Translations under genes and position numbers: made by a program
Shown here: positions 44,088 through 55,798 of the stretch, piece after piece
How positions within the stretch are numbered: position 1 is the stretch's first letter
Layout of the letters: the number at the start of each line of letters is the position of its first letter
The notes under the pieces: model-generated
What the model was told of the DNA's origin: nothing
Database searches by the model: none
Seen by the model: only the letters and a program-made list of their open reading frames with translations
Source: an uncultured Muribaculaceae bacterium
Lineage (GTDB): Bacteria > Bacillota_I > Bacilli_A > RF39 > UBA660
NCBI GenBank assembly: GCA_964513345.1
Contig: CAZELY010000002.1
Span: 13,578-77,577, forward strand
DNA length: 64,000 bases
Direction of reading: 5' to 3'

Positions 44088-46208
44088 ATGGAAGAAAAAA
44101 TTTTAAGCATAATTGAAAATAGTAATAAAGCTCTTACGTATGAAGAAATTTGGGAAAAATTAGATGATCAAGAGCAAGAAGAATTAGGACAAATTTTAGT
44201 TAAACTTCAAAAGGATTTAAAAATTCGTACAACTAACAAAGGTAAATATGAAAAATTCAATGACAGAAGACAAAAATTAGGTGTTTTAATATTTAATCCT
44301 AAAGGCTTTGGTTTCGTTGAAGTAGATGGTGAAGACGATTACCATATAGCTAAAGAAAACATTAATGGGGCTATTGATGGTGATAAAGTATTAATTAATG
44401 TTGTCGACGAAGGTAAAAGAGAAGCTATTATCAAAGATATTATCGAAAGAAAATTAAAAGACCAATTAGTTGGTGAATTTTACGTTAAGGATGGTCAAAA
44501 CTTTGTTAAATTAGAAGATGAACGCTTAAATATTATTGTTGAAATAAGCCCAGAAAAAAGTAATGGCGCAGTTACTGGGCACAAAGTAATAGTTAAATTA
44601 GATAAAAATGTTGAAAATACTAATTATTATCAAGGTGAAGTAATAAGGATAATCGGTCACAAAGATGATCCTGGTGTTGATATTTTGACAATAGCTGCGA
44701 AATACGAAATATATGATATTTTTCCAGACGAGGTTATAAATCAACTGAAAGATATTCCGCAAGAAGTAAAAGAAGACGAGTATAAAGATAGAAGAGACTT
44801 ACGCGATGAGATGATTTTCACTATTGATGGTGATGATACTAAAGATATTGATGACGCGATTAGTATTAAAAAGTTGGAAAATGGTAATTTTGAATTAGGT
44901 GTTCACATTGCCGATGTATCATATTACGTTAAAGAAGGAAGCCCATTGTATGAAGAAGCTTATACAAGAGGGACCAGTTCTTATTTAGCTGATACCGTTA
45001 TCCCAATGCTTCCACATCAACTTTCAAATGGCATTTGTTCTTTAAATCCTAATGTTGATAGACTCGCAATGTCATGTGTTATGGAAATTGATAGTGATGG
45101 TAATACAGTGTCTTCTGATATTTTTGAAAGTGTCATTAAATCAAGAATTCAAATGACTTATAAAAACGTTAATAAAATTATTGAAGAAGATATTATTCCA
45201 GAAGGTTATGGAGAGTATGCAGAAACTTTAAAATTAATGCATGAATTAGCTAAAATTTTAAGGAAAAACAAAATTTCAAAAGGTTATATTGACTTTGACT
45301 TAGAGGAGCCCAAAATAATAGCTGATGAAAATGGCAAAGCTATTGATGTTAAAAAACGCGAGCGCGGTGAAGGCGAGAAATTAATTGAGGACTTTATGAT
45401 TGCGGCAAACGAAGCCGTTGCTAGTACAATTACATATATGGATTTACCATTTATATATCGTATTCATGGTGAACCAGATAAAGAAAAAATTGATAGTTTC
45501 TTAAATTTTCTTGGTGTTTTAGGTTATAAAGTAAAAGCCAATTTAAATAAAATAACCCCACAAACTATTCAAAGTATTTTAAATCAATTAAAAGATAAAG
45601 AAGAATATGAAATTTTATCTTCAATGCTTTTAAGAAGTATGCAAAAGGCCGTATATGATGTTAATAACATTGGACACTTTGGATTAGGAAGCAAGTGTTA
45701 TACCCATTTCACTTCGCCAATCAGAAGATTTCCAGATTTAAACGTTCATAGATTACTTCGTACATATTTATTTAAGCATAGTATTAATAATGATACTATT
45801 ACGTATTTTAATAACACTTTACCAGACATCACTAAACAATCATCAGAACGTGAACGCGCCGCTGTGGATTGTGAAAGAGATGTTACGGATATGAAAATGG
45901 CTGAATATATGGAATCACATATTGGCGAGACATTTAAAGGGATTATTAATACGGTTACTAATTATGGTTTTTATGTTGAACTACCTAATTTAATTGAGGG
46001 TTTGGTCAGAGTTGATGATCTTACCGATGACTACTATTTTTACCAAGAAAACACTTTCAGTTTAATAGGTCAAAGAAGTAAAAAACGTTATACCTTAGGA
46101 AGCAAAATAGAAGTTATCGTCGATAGTGTTGATAAGGATCAAGGCCTAATTAATTTTAAACCAATAAAAAAAGGTGATAATAATGGAAATAAACAACAGG
46201 AAAGCTAA
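44088..46208 (+). CDS. rnr: ribonuclease R
   Basis: RNB catalytic region ([16 protein letters not shown]), OB-fold domains and a C-terminal S1 domain. It lies upstream of smpB, as is usual. Confidence 0.95.
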   Translation: MEEKILSIIENSNKALTYEEIWEKLDDQEQEELGQILVKLQKDLKIRTTNKGKYEKFNDRRQKLGVLIFNPKGFGFVEVDGEDDYHIAKENINGAIDGDKVLINVVDEGKREAIIKDIIERKLKDQLVGEFYVKDGQNFVKLEDERLNIIVEISPEKSNGAVTGHKVIVKLDKNVENTNYYQGEVIRIIGHKDDPGVDILTIAAKYEIYDIFPDEVINQLKDIPQEVKEDEYKDRRDLRDEMIFTIDGDDTKDIDDAISIKKLENGNFELGVHIADVSYYVKEGSPLYEEAYTRGTSSYLADTVIPMLPHQLSNGICSLNPNVDRLAMSCVMEIDSDGNTVSSDIFESVIKSRIQMTYKNVNKIIEEDIIPEGYGEYAETLKLMHELAKILRKNKISKGYIDFDLEEPKIIADENGKAIDVKKRERGEGEKLIEDFMIAANEAVASTITYMDLPFIYRIHGEPDKEKIDSFLNFLGVLGYKVKANLNKITPQTIQSILNQLKDKEEYEILSSMLLRSMQKAVYDVNNIGHFGLGSKCYTHFTSPIRRFPDLNVHRLLRTYLFKHSINNDTITYFNNTLPDITKQSSERERAAVDCERDVTDMKMAEYMESHIGETFKGIINTVTNYGFYVELPNLIEGLVRVDDLTDDYYFYQENTFSLIGQRSKKRYTLGSKIEVIVDSVDKDQGLINFKPIKKGDNNGNKQQES

Positions 46209-46617
46209 ATATGATTATGAAATAATAGAAACTATCGAAGCTGGGATTGCCTTAACTGGAACTGAAATCAAATCAATTAGAAATGGTAAAGCTAATTTAA
46301 AAGATAGTTATGCTACTATAAAAAAAGGTGAAGCATTACTTTTAAATATGCATATAAGTCCATATAAACAAGGTAATATTTTTAATCATGATGAAACAAG
46401 AACGAGAAAACTTCTTCTTCATAAAAAAGAAATACTTAAATTAAATGACAAAATTAGATTAGAAGGTTATACGTTAGTACCTATAAAATTGTATTTCAAA
46501 GGCAATAAAGCTAAAATATTATTAGGTGTAGCTAAAGGTAAAAAAACATATGATAAAAGAGAGGCTATTAAAAAAAGAGATATTGAAAGAGATATTAAAG
46601 CTAGAATGAAATTCTAA
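46183..46617 (+). CDS. smpB: SsrA-binding protein SmpB
   Basis: [29 protein letters not shown]...[10 protein letters not shown] prefer the ATG at 46183. It overlaps the rnr 3-prime end. Confidence 0.93.
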   Translation: MEINNRKAKYDYEIIETIEAGIALTGTEIKSIRNGKANLKDSYATIKKGEALLLNMHISPYKQGNIFNHDETRTRKLLLHKKEILKLNDKIRLEGYTLVPIKLYFKGNKAKILLGVAKGKKTYDKREAIKKRDIERDIKARMKF

Positions 46618-46658
46618 TTTTACAAAGAGTCTAAAATTTGCTATAATACCTCTTACTT

Positions 46659-47017
46659 GGGGTCGCTTTGGTTTCGACAGATATATGGAGATTAAAATTG
46701 CAAGTCGAGGGTACTCGTAAAAATACACAGTTAAATATAACTGGAAATACTGATAAGTCCTCTTTGGGCAAACTTGCTTTCGCCTAATAATGAGCGAAGC
46801 GCTTCTTTTAATCTTTTTCCCACGGAGATTTGAAGAGGCTCACTTTTAGTGGGATATATTGCTTTTAAGCCTAGGAAAAGCAATGAATAATCTAGGCTTA
46901 CTAATAAATTGGTTGTTAGCTACTTTATTTATTAGGACATATTTTAGCTAACTAAACTTGTAGATATTTTTTTGGAAGTATATTTGGACAGGAGTTCAAT
47001 TCTCCTCGGCTCCACCA
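46659..47017 (+). ncRNA. ssrA: tmRNA (SsrA)
   Basis: The 5-prime end is GGGGTCGCTTTGGTTTCGAC and the 3-prime end is GGACAGGAGTTCAATTCTCCTCGGCTCCACCA (tRNA-like T-arm plus ACCA). The tag reading frame at 46743-46790 encodes GNTDKSSLGKLAFA followed by TAATAA. Confidence 0.93.
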
Positions 47018-47173
47018 TTTGAAAATAAGCACACACATTTTAATGCGTGTGTTTTTAAATATGTACAATTGTAAATAAATGTATGATGTAAAAAATAACA
47101 CTCTAACATGGTATATTTAAATTGACATTTACCCTTAATATGGTTATAATAAAAGCAGTTAGGGAGTGGTTTA

Positions 47174-49108
47174 ATGACACTAGAAGAATTAATGCGTCAA
47201 TTAATGGAACAAGAAGGATTATCTGAAGCAGAAGCTAGAAGAAGAGCTGAAGCAGAAATACGTCAGAGATTATCTGAAATTTCCACGGAGAGAACTAATC
47301 AAATTAATGAAGCCGCCAGTACATTTGGAGCAAACGCTACCGATATAGATCTTGGCACTAGCGAGGAAAGACAAAGATTAGAAGGCGAACTTAATCAATT
47401 ATTAGAAGATCAAAGAAACGAATTTGAAACTAATAGACAAGCAAGAATTGATGCCGATAGACAAAGAAGAGAAGAAAGAGCTGCTGAAATAAATAGAAAT
47501 GGTCAATTAGAACAAGCGTATAAATTTTTTACTTATTTAGATACAGCTACCACGCAGGGATATAATCTAGATGGTTTAAGCGAAGATGAAATCATTGAAA
47601 TGTATAATGATTTTATGACAAAACCAGAGTATGAACAAATACGAAGAGAGACTTTAGATAAGGCTGCAAGAAATGATAGAGAGGTAGTAATTCCTGAGAC
47701 GAGACAAGCGGCAGAAGTAACTGTAGATCGTCAAAAAGAATTATCTGATCGTGAAGCAGAAATACGTCAAAGATTATCCGAAATTGCTAATGAAAGAACA
47801 GCTAGTATGAATGAGGCTGCTAGCGTGTATGGGGTCAATGCCACGGATATTGATCTTGGAGCTAGTGAAGAACGCCAAAACTTAGAATCAGAACTCGAAC
47901 AAATTCATAAAGATCAACAAGCAATATTTGAGGGAAACAGACAAGAAAAAATTGCTGCTGATAAACAAAGAAGAGAAGAAAGAACTACTGAAATAAATAG
48001 AAATGGTAAATTAGAACAAGCATATAAATTTTTTACTTATTTAGACACAACCACTACGCAGGGATATAATCTAAATGGTTTAAGTGAGGATGAAATACTT
48101 GCGTTATATGATGATTTTCAAACAAAGCCTGAATATGAACAAATAAAAAAAGAAACTCAAGAAAGAATGGCTAAGGGTGATCGTGAAGTAGTGATTCCTA
48201 ATCAACAAACCAAAGAAGAGCCAGTTATTGCTGGACCAGCGTTGGAAACAGACGAGGAAATAGAACAAACCCCTGAAGAAGCTTTGCGAGAACTAGAAGA
48301 AATGCAGGCCAAAGGCAAAGGTCAGCACATAGATTATGAAGCTGAGAAAAAGAAATTAGAAGCTCAAATTGCTGCCAACAAATTTGCTGCAGCCGCAGCC
48401 GCTACTTTAACTGCTGATGAAATTGGAAATTTTACTTCACATAAACCTACAAAAGAAACAACGGCAATAGTACCTGATGGTGTAGAAGATACAGCTGTTA
48501 CAAATTTGCCAGCAGATGTTCAAAAAGGAAAAACAAGCGCTGCCCCAGCCACATTAGTTGCCAAAGCTAAAGAGTGGATTAAAAACAATAAAGGAAAAGC
48601 TATCGCAATTGCTACTGCACTTGCCGCTGGCTTGATTGTAGCAGGCATAGCTGCATATTCGGCATTAACTGGTGATACCGCTGCTGCTTCGCAAGACCCT
48701 AATACACTTGCTTCTGTAGCTACGGATATTGTTAATCAAGGATTAAATGCTATTGATTTATCGGCAGTTGATCCTTCTGTAACACAAGCAGCTGACCCAA
48801 CTACTGTACAAGCATTTGATCCTAGCGTTTTTAGTGGTTCAGATCAAATAGTCCATCAAACTGCTCAAGATGCTATTAATAATACTAATGGTGTAGTAAC
48901 AAATGAATACTATCAAATAGATGGTGGCTACGTACAAAATTATGTAACGGGTGATAATATTGATACTGCTGGTATGACAAGGGAACAAATTATTGATACT
49001 TTGAATAGTGGCACATATGATTATGTACCTACTCATGATGGTGTTGCTATGTCACATATGTCTGCTGATGAATTTGAGGCAATTAGTCAAGGAGGTCGCA
49101 ATTTATAA
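47174..49108 (+). CDS. membrane-anchored protein with two long tandem repeats
   Basis: 644 aa. Two units of about 150 aa, spaced 168 aa apart, are followed by an Ala-rich segment, a TM (AIAIATALAAGLIVAGIAAYSAL) and a C-terminal domain. Confidence 0.6.
   Translation: MTLEELMRQLMEQEGLSEAEARRRAEAEIRQRLSEISTERTNQINEAASTFGANATDIDLGTSEERQRLEGELNQLLEDQRNEFETNRQARIDADRQRREERAAEINRNGQLEQAYKFFTYLDTATTQGYNLDGLSEDEIIEMYNDFMTKPEYEQIRRETLDKAARNDREVVIPETRQAAEVTVDRQKELSDREAEIRQRLSEIANERTASMNEAASVYGVNATDIDLGASEERQNLESELEQIHKDQQAIFEGNRQEKIAADKQRREERTTEINRNGKLEQAYKFFTYLDTTTTQGYNLNGLSEDEILALYDDFQTKPEYEQIKKETQERMAKGDREVVIPNQQTKEEPVIAGPALETDEEIEQTPEEALRELEEMQAKGKGQHIDYEAEKKKLEAQIAANKFAAAAAATLTADEIGNFTSHKPTKETTAIVPDGVEDTAVTNLPADVQKGKTSAAPATLVAKAKEWIKNNKGKAIAIATALAAGLIVAGIAAYSALTGDTAAASQDPNTLASVATDIVNQGLNAIDLSAVDPSVTQAADPTTVQAFDPSVFSGSDQIVHQTAQDAINNTNGVVTNEYYQIDGGYVQNYVTGDNIDTAGMTREQIIDTLNSGTYDYVPTHDGVAMSHMSADEFEAISQGGRNL
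47249..48200 (+). repeat. intragenic tandem duplication (unit 1 at 47249-47697, unit 2 at 47753-48200; period 504 nt)
   Basis: GAAGCAGAAATACGTCA[GA]AGATTATC[TC]GAAATT starts both units. Protein blocks such as NRNG[QK]LEQAYKFFTYLDT and TTQGYNL[DN]GLSEDEI are repeated. Confidence 0.85.
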
Positions 49109-49398
49109 TGAATAACGAAGAATTTAAAGTGGTTGAATTAGCTGATGGAACAAAATGGTTTGTTTTATCAGAAATAGTATATGATAAAGGACTTTATAGA
49201 TATGTAGTAGGTGTTGAAAATGATGATCTTACAGACAAATTTCAAGTATTACGTGTTTACTTCAGTGAGGGCGAAGAATATTTTCAAACGGTAAAAGATC
49301 AAGAAATTTTAAAACAAGTTATTCCTTTGTTGATGCCAGACACTAAAGACTATATAGATAATCAAGATAAATTGAAAGAACTAATGGAACAAAATTAG
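49108..49398 (+). CDS. small acidic protein (DUF1292-like?)
   Basis: 96 aa. The start overlaps the upstream stop (TAATG). The family call is tentative. Confidence 0.4.
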   Translation: MNNEEFKVVELADGTKWFVLSEIVYDKGLYRYVVGVENDDLTDKFQVLRVYFSEGEEYFQTVKDQEILKQVIPLLMPDTKDYIDNQDKLKELMEQN

Positions 49399-49584
49399 TT
49401 CTTTTTTTTGTTAAAAAATGTAAAAAAATCAAAATTTTTTCCGGAATCAAAAATCGAAAATATTACCTTTTAATTAATATATTTATATCAAAAGTTTAAT
49501 GTCAACAATATGTAAGTAAAATATGTGTAAAATTATATTTTAATAAAGTCTTTTAATATGATACAATAATAATTAGGTGATAAT

Positions 49585-52500
49585 ATGCATGATAAATTAG
49601 AATTACTTTTAACCAAAATAGAACTATCAAAAGATAACTATCAGTACTTTGAAGAAGGAAAACTTACTAAAATCGTTTGCAATAAATCAAAAGATAATTC
49701 TGTTTTTTATATTAAACTTAACCGTGTTTTACCATTAGATGTTTATCTTGATTTTAACAAAAAATTAAAAAAACATTTTAAAACATCCAGTAAAGTTTCA
49801 TCCAAAATTAGTTGTGAAAATTTTGAACTAGAAATTCTAGAAGAATATTATCGCTATTATTTAAAAGACTATAGTAAAAATGCGCCATTACTAGAAATAT
49901 TTATTAATAGTCCATTGAAAATCGATGATAATGATTTAGAAATAGAAATAAGTAATAAGGCTGAAAAGATGAAATTTAAAAGCATTCATAAGGAACTAGA
50001 AGAAAAACTAAAAAATGCGGGATTTAATCTTAAAATTAAATTAAAAATAAACGAAACAAAAGCTGAAGAAATAATAAAAGAAATAGAATCGGAAAAAGAA
50101 GTAAAAATAACTAAAAAACCAAAAAAAGAAAATCCAATTATTATGGGTAATGAAATCAAAACAAAAAGCATGGATATAAGCGCTATTACATTTGAAATGG
50201 ATAATGCAACTATTGAAGCTAAGATTTTTGATAAAGAAGTTAGGAATACCAAAAGTGGTATGCAGATAATATTATTAAAGGTCTACGACGGAACAGATAG
50301 CATGGAATGTAATATTTTTTGTCGTGAAGAAGATGAATTTAAAAAGTATGATAAAGCCTTAAAAGAAGGCAATTACTATAAAATAAAAGGCTATACTAAA
50401 AACAATAAATATTCTGGTGATATTGTTTTAAATCCAAGAGATATTAATTTATCTGATAAAAAAGATGAAGTTAGAATGGATGAAGCCAAAGAAAAAAGAG
50501 TTGAACTTCATGCCCATACGAAAATGAGCCAAATGGACGGCATATGTGATGCCAAAAAATTAATTGAAACAGCATACAATTGGGGTCATAAAGCAATTGC
50601 TATTACCGATCACAATGGTGTTCAATCTTTTCCAGATGTATATCACACAATATGTGACCTAAATTGCAACAAAGAAGGCGATCCTTTTAAAGCATTATAT
50701 GGCACCGAATTAGTGATGATTGATGACAGATTAGACATTGTTATTAGACCAACGGATGATGATTTATTAGAAACTACTTATGTTGTTTTCGACTTTGAAA
50801 CAACAGGTTTTAATGCTGGTGGCGCCGACTCCATTATTGAAGTTGGAGCTGTTAAAATAAAAAATGGTGAGATTATTGATCGCTTTGATGAATTAATTGA
50901 CCCAAAAAGAAAACTACCAGCTAAAATAATTGAACTTACTAATATAACTGATGAAATGTTAGAAGGCAAAGATGATGAAGAAACTGTTGTTAAAAGATTT
51001 CAAGACTGGTATGGTGATTTGCCATTAGTTGCCCACAATGCTAAATTTGATACATCATTCTTACAAATGGCTTACCAAAAATATAATTTAGGTGAACTTA
51101 CAAATACAATCATCGATACCCTTGAATTATCAAGAACTTTAGATAATAATTATGCTAGACATAGTTTATCAGCATTAGTGAAACGTTATGAAATCCCATG
51201 GGATGAAGATGCCCATCATAGGGCTGATTATGACGCAGAGGGTACAGCATTAGTATTTCACAAAATGTTACAAAAATTATCAGCGCGTAATTTTGAAAAA
51301 ATATCTGATTTTAATAAATTAGTATCAAAAGATGAAATTCATAAATACGGAACAGCATACCACATTAATTTAATAGCCTTAAATAGAGAAGGGCTAAAAA
51401 ATATATTTAAATTAGTATCACTTGCCAATACTAAATACTTATATAAAACCCCAAGAATTTTAAGAAGCGAAATAACTAAACATAGAGAAGGACTACTTGT
51501 TGGTAGTGGCTGCTATGAAAGTGAAATATTTAAACAAGCTTCCAGTAAATCAGATGAAGAATTATCTAATTTAATTAATTTTTATGATTACGTTGAGGTT
51601 CAATCACCAGAAGTATATGATCATTTAATTCAAACTAATGATTTTGGCAGCAAAGCTGAATTAATTGAACACTTAAAAAAAATTATTCGTGTTACTAAAG
51701 ATTCAGGAAAACTTATTGTGGCCACAGGTGATGTGCATCATATAAATAAGGAAGATAAAATTTATCGCGAAATAATCGTTAATCAAAAAGTTCCTGGTGG
51801 TGGAAGGCATCCACTAGCGAGAAAAAATATTTCGCAAATCCCTAATCAATATTTTAGAACTACTGAAGAAATGCTTGATGATTTTAATTTTTTGGATAAA
51901 GAAGAAGCGAAGGAGATTATCATCGATAATCCTAATAAAATAGCTGATATGGCTGAAGTCATTGAAGTTATTATTGAAACTGGCGGCATCCCTTTTGCGC
52001 CAAAAATAGAAAATTCAGTTAGGCAAACATTGGATTTAGTATATACTAATGCCCAAAAAATATATGGTAATCCACTTCCATATTTAATCGAAGAAAGATT
52101 ATCCAGTGAATTATACGGTGAAGAGCCATTTAAAATAATAAAAGAAATGAACCCTAGGGGAGATTTACAAGAAGAAGAGTATAATAGAAAAATTTATAGT
52201 GACTTGCATGATGTAATGATTAAAGGCGATGAAGCTGTTAGAAAATTAGTTTCCGATTATATTCAAAAGATAAGCGACAAAAAATTATCAAAAGAAGAAA
52301 TTGAAAAGGAAGTTAATAAAAAATTAACCGCAATTATCGGTGCTAATTTTGATGTCATCTACTTGATCGCTCAGAAATTGGTTAAAAAATCAAATGATGA
52401 TGGTTATTTGGTTGGTTCAAGAGGTTCAGTAGGATCTTCCTTAGTTGCTACTATGATGGGAATATCTGAAGTTAATCCACTACCACCACATTATGTATGT

Positions 52501-54114
52501 CCGAAGTGCAAAAAAACATTATTTGAAAAAGATGGTGTTTCTTTAGGTAGCATATATGGTAGTGGTTACGATATGCCAGATATAAAATGTCCAGAATGCA
52601 ATACAAAGATGAAAAAAGATGGACATGATATGCCATTTGCCACTTTCCTTGGGATTCATGCCGATAAAGTTCCTGATATTGATTTAAATTTTTCTGACTT
52701 AAATCAAGCGGCTGCTCATGAATATACTAAAGTTTTGTTTGGTGAAGATAACGTGTATCGTGCAGGAACAATTGGTACAGTCGCTGATAAAACCGCCTTC
52801 GGTTTTGTTAGAGGTTATTGCGAAGATAAAGGTATCATGATGCGTAAGGTTGAGATGGAACGCTTAGCTAAAGGGTGTACAGGAGTCAAAAGAACAACCG
52901 GCCAACACCCCGGTGGAATAGTTGTTATTCCAAATTATATGGAAGTATTTGATTTTACACCATTCCAATATCCGGCTGATGATGTGAATTCGGCATGGAG
53001 AACTACACATTTCGATTATCATGCAATCGATCAAGATGTTTTAAAATTGGATATTTTAGGTCATTCTGGTCCAACGAAATTGCGCATGATTCAGGATATA
53101 ACTGGAATTGATGTAAGAGAAGTACCTTTAGATGACAAAGAAACTATGGGGATATTTACATCTACTAAGCCTTTAGGAGTTACTCCTGAGCAAATTATGT
53201 GTAATACAGGGACTTTAGGAATTCCTGAATTTGGAACATCATTTACTTTGAAAATGGTTGAAGAGACTAAACCGAAAACATTTGCCGAACTTACAAAAAT
53301 TTCAGGACTTTCGCACGGTACTGATGTTTGGAATGGAAATGCTCAAGATTTGATTAATAATAATATTGTTCCTTTCTCAGAAGTTATTGGTTGTCGTGAT
53401 GACATTATGGTTTACTTGATGTATAAAGGGCTTCCAGCAATTAAAGCATTTACGATTATGGAATTTGTCCGTAAAGGTAAACCTAGTAAAGAACCAGAAA
53501 AATGGGCCGAATTCCGCAAGGAATTAGAAGAAGTTGGCGTTGAAAATTGGTATATAGAATCATGTGAAAAAATTAAATACATGTTTCCAAAAGCTCACGC
53601 GGTGGCCTATGTTATTAATGCATTTAGATTAGCTTATTTTAAAGTTCACCGCCCAGGAGTATATTATGCTTCTCAATTTTCAGTCGAATATACAGACTTT
53701 GATATTGACTCTATGATAAAAGGTTATAATTCTGTCAAACAAAAAATGGCGGAAATTGCTGACAAAGGTTTTGAAGCTTCTAATAAAGAAGTGAACATCT
53801 TGGAATGTTTAAAAGTAGCTCTAGAAGCACTAGCTCGTGACATAAAATTTGCGCCAATTGATCTTAATAAAAGCGAAGCTTTAAACTTTGTTTTGTCAGA
53901 TGATGAAAAAACTTTAATTCCACCTTTTAGAACCATCGATGGGCTAGGTGATGTCGTAGCTAAAAAGATAGTTGAAGAAAGAAATAAGGCACCATTTTTG
54001 AGCATCGAAGATTTACAAAAAAGAGCTAAGATTTCCAGTACATTAATTGAAAAATTAAGGTCAATGGGGATTTTAGACAACTTGGATGAATCAAGCCAAT
54101 TAAGTTTATTTTAA
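49585..54114 (+). CDS. polC: DNA polymerase III PolC-type (alpha subunit with proofreading exonuclease)
   Basis: 1509 aa with a PHP region (VELHAHTKMSQMDG), a DnaQ-like exonuclease (YVVFDFETTG...AHNAKFDTSFL) and the PolC Zn motif CPKC...CPEC. Confidence 0.97.
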   Translation: MHDKLELLLTKIELSKDNYQYFEEGKLTKIVCNKSKDNSVFYIKLNRVLPLDVYLDFNKKLKKHFKTSSKVSSKISCENFELEILEEYYRYYLKDYSKNAPLLEIFINSPLKIDDNDLEIEISNKAEKMKFKSIHKELEEKLKNAGFNLKIKLKINETKAEEIIKEIESEKEVKITKKPKKENPIIMGNEIKTKSMDISAITFEMDNATIEAKIFDKEVRNTKSGMQIILLKVYDGTDSMECNIFCREEDEFKKYDKALKEGNYYKIKGYTKNNKYSGDIVLNPRDINLSDKKDEVRMDEAKEKRVELHAHTKMSQMDGICDAKKLIETAYNWGHKAIAITDHNGVQSFPDVYHTICDLNCNKEGDPFKALYGTELVMIDDRLDIVIRPTDDDLLETTYVVFDFETTGFNAGGADSIIEVGAVKIKNGEIIDRFDELIDPKRKLPAKIIELTNITDEMLEGKDDEETVVKRFQDWYGDLPLVAHNAKFDTSFLQMAYQKYNLGELTNTIIDTLELSRTLDNNYARHSLSALVKRYEIPWDEDAHHRADYDAEGTALVFHKMLQKLSARNFEKISDFNKLVSKDEIHKYGTAYHINLIALNREGLKNIFKLVSLANTKYLYKTPRILRSEITKHREGLLVGSGCYESEIFKQASSKSDEELSNLINFYDYVEVQSPEVYDHLIQTNDFGSKAELIEHLKKIIRVTKDSGKLIVATGDVHHINKEDKIYREIIVNQKVPGGGRHPLARKNISQIPNQYFRTTEEMLDDFNFLDKEEAKEIIIDNPNKIADMAEVIEVIIETGGIPFAPKIENSVRQTLDLVYTNAQKIYGNPLPYLIEERLSSELYGEEPFKIIKEMNPRGDLQEEEYNRKIYSDLHDVMIKGDEAVRKLVSDYIQKISDKKLSKEEIEKEVNKKLTAIIGANFDVIYLIAQKLVKKSNDDGYLVGSRGSVGSSLVATMMGISEVNPLPPHYVCPKCKKTLFEKDGVSLGSIYGSGYDMPDIKCPECNTKMKKDGHDMPFATFLGIHADKVPDIDLNFSDLNQAAAHEYTKVLFGEDNVYRAGTIGTVADKTAFGFVRGYCEDKGIMMRKVEMERLAKGCTGVKRTTGQHPGGIVVIPNYMEVFDFTPFQYPADDVNSAWRTTHFDYHAIDQDVLKLDILGHSGPTKLRMIQDITGIDVREVPLDDKETMGIFTSTKPLGVTPEQIMCNTGTLGIPEFGTSFTLKMVEETKPKTFAELTKISGLSHGTDVWNGNAQDLINNNIVPFSEVIGCRDDIMVYLMYKGLPAIKAFTIMEFVRKGKPSKEPEKWAEFRKELEEVGVENWYIESCEKIKYMFPKAHAVAYVINAFRLAYFKVHRPGVYYASQFSVEYTDFDIDSMIKGYNSVKQKMAEIADKGFEASNKEVNILECLKVALEALARDIKFAPIDLNKSEALNFVLSDDEKTLIPPFRTIDGLGDVVAKKIVEERNKAPFLSIEDLQKRAKISSTLIEKLRSMGILDNLDESSQLSLF

Positions 54115-54190
54115 AAGCCAGCAAAAGTTGGCTTTTTATCTTTAAAAAATAATTGAGATATAGTATAATATATATAATGGAGAGGATGTT

Positions 54191-55798
54191 ATGAACATAA
54201 GCGAGAGGAAAAAGAAATATGGTACGATATTACTCATTATTTTTATTGTAATGGTAATATTTATATCATTAATTGTTAAAGCTGGCCAAAGTGTCATTGA
54301 TTATTTTGGTGACGCTGATTTTAAGCTATTGCTTAGTACTGAGAACAAGGATTTGGAACCAGTGATTAAAGACTACTTTAAAGAAAAAAATCTTAAAGTT
54401 GATATCGATTATGCAGGCACCATTGAAATTATGGACAAGTTAAATAGTAATGAAGACTACAATGCAGTATGGGCTTCAAATTCTATTTGGGTTTATATGT
54501 TGGAAAACAGTTATAAAATTACTAATTCTAAATCGACATCTATTAATCCAGTAGTCTTTGGTATAAAAAAATCTGTTGCTGATAAATTAGGATTTGTTGG
54601 TAAAAATGTTTATACAAAGGACATACTAAAAGCTATAAATGATGGTGATTTAAAATTTATTATGTCATCGGCTACACAAACAAACACTGGAGCCAGCGCT
54701 TATTTAGGATTCTTGCAAACGCTATCAGGCAATCCGGAAGTTCTTACTAAAGAGCACTTAGAAAATCCTGAACTTGTAACAAACATTACTAATTTATTAA
54801 ATGGCGTAACGAGAACGAGCGGTAGTGATGAATTTTTAGAAGACGTTATGAAAAAGGGCGACTACGATGCCGCTATTACCTATGAATCATCATTAATCAA
54901 TTTAAATAAAGAATTAGTTAGTAAAAACAAAGAACCATATTATATCGTATATCCAGTTGATGGAGTAACAATTTCAGATTCTCCACTTGCTTATGTTGCT
55001 AATGAAAATAGTGATGCTGAAAAAATAATTTTCGATGAATTTCAAGCTTATATATTAAGCAAAGAAGGCCAAAAAAAATTAGAAGAATATGGAAGACGAA
55101 CTTGGTATGGTGGAATAAACAAAAATGTCGACAAAGACACCTTCAATAGTGATTGGGGTATTGATACCACTAAATATATTTCTCCAATTAAATATCCGTC
55201 ATCAAGCATTATAAAAGAAGCTTTAATTTTATATCAAACGGAATTTAGAAAACCGACGCATACGATATTCTGTTTAGATTATTCCGGAAGTATGTATGGC
55301 GAAGGCAACAAACAATTGGTGGCAGCCATGAAATACATTTTAACTGAGGAAGAGGCATCTAAAAATTTAGTGCAGTTTTCGAAAAAAGATAAAATTTCGG
55401 TTATTACTTTCGATGATGAACTGATGCACGGATTTAAAACCGATAGTGGAACAAACACAGAAAAAATGATTGAAGCTATTGAAAATGAAGAAGTCGATGG
55501 CGGAACAAATTTATATGATCCACTTATAAAAGCTATGGATATTTTAGAAGCTGAAAATCCAAATGAATATAATTTATCCATAATTTTAATGACAGATGGT
55601 CAAGGAAATAGTGGAAGTTATTATACGTTCAAAGATAAATATAATAGTTTGAAACAAGAAATTCCAATTTATGCAATTATGTTTGGTTATGCTGAGGAGT
55701 ATCAATTAGAACAAATAACTAGTATAGCGAATGGTAAAGTTTTTGATGGTCGAACTAATTTACTTGAAGCTTTTAAAGAAGTGCGAGGTTATAACTAA
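54191..55798 (+). CDS. membrane-anchored solute-binding-like plus von Willebrand A domain protein
   Basis: N-terminal TM. The vWA MIDAS motif is FCLDYSGSMYGEG, followed by GGTNLYDP and ILMTDGQ. Confidence 0.7.
   Translation: MNISERKKKYGTILLIIFIVMVIFISLIVKAGQSVIDYFGDADFKLLLSTENKDLEPVIKDYFKEKNLKVDIDYAGTIEIMDKLNSNEDYNAVWASNSIWVYMLENSYKITNSKSTSINPVVFGIKKSVADKLGFVGKNVYTKDILKAINDGDLKFIMSSATQTNTGASAYLGFLQTLSGNPEVLTKEHLENPELVTNITNLLNGVTRTSGSDEFLEDVMKKGDYDAAITYESSLINLNKELVSKNKEPYYIVYPVDGVTISDSPLAYVANENSDAEKIIFDEFQAYILSKEGQKKLEEYGRRTWYGGINKNVDKDTFNSDWGIDTTKYISPIKYPSSSIIKEALILYQTEFRKPTHTIFCLDYSGSMYGEGNKQLVAAMKYILTEEEASKNLVQFSKKDKISVITFDDELMHGFKTDSGTNTEKMIEAIENEEVDGGTNLYDPLIKAMDILEAENPNEYNLSIILMTDGQGNSGSYYTFKDKYNSLKQEIPIYAIMFGYAEEYQLEQITSIANGKVFDGRTNLLEAFKEVRGYN

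Noticed and set aside
46659-49398. Idea that the genes downstream of tmRNA are a prophage or island remnant integrated at ssrA.
   Set aside because: - No integrase or phage-like genes are present.
- No duplicated copy of the tmRNA 3-prime end is visible downstream.
- polC follows directly.
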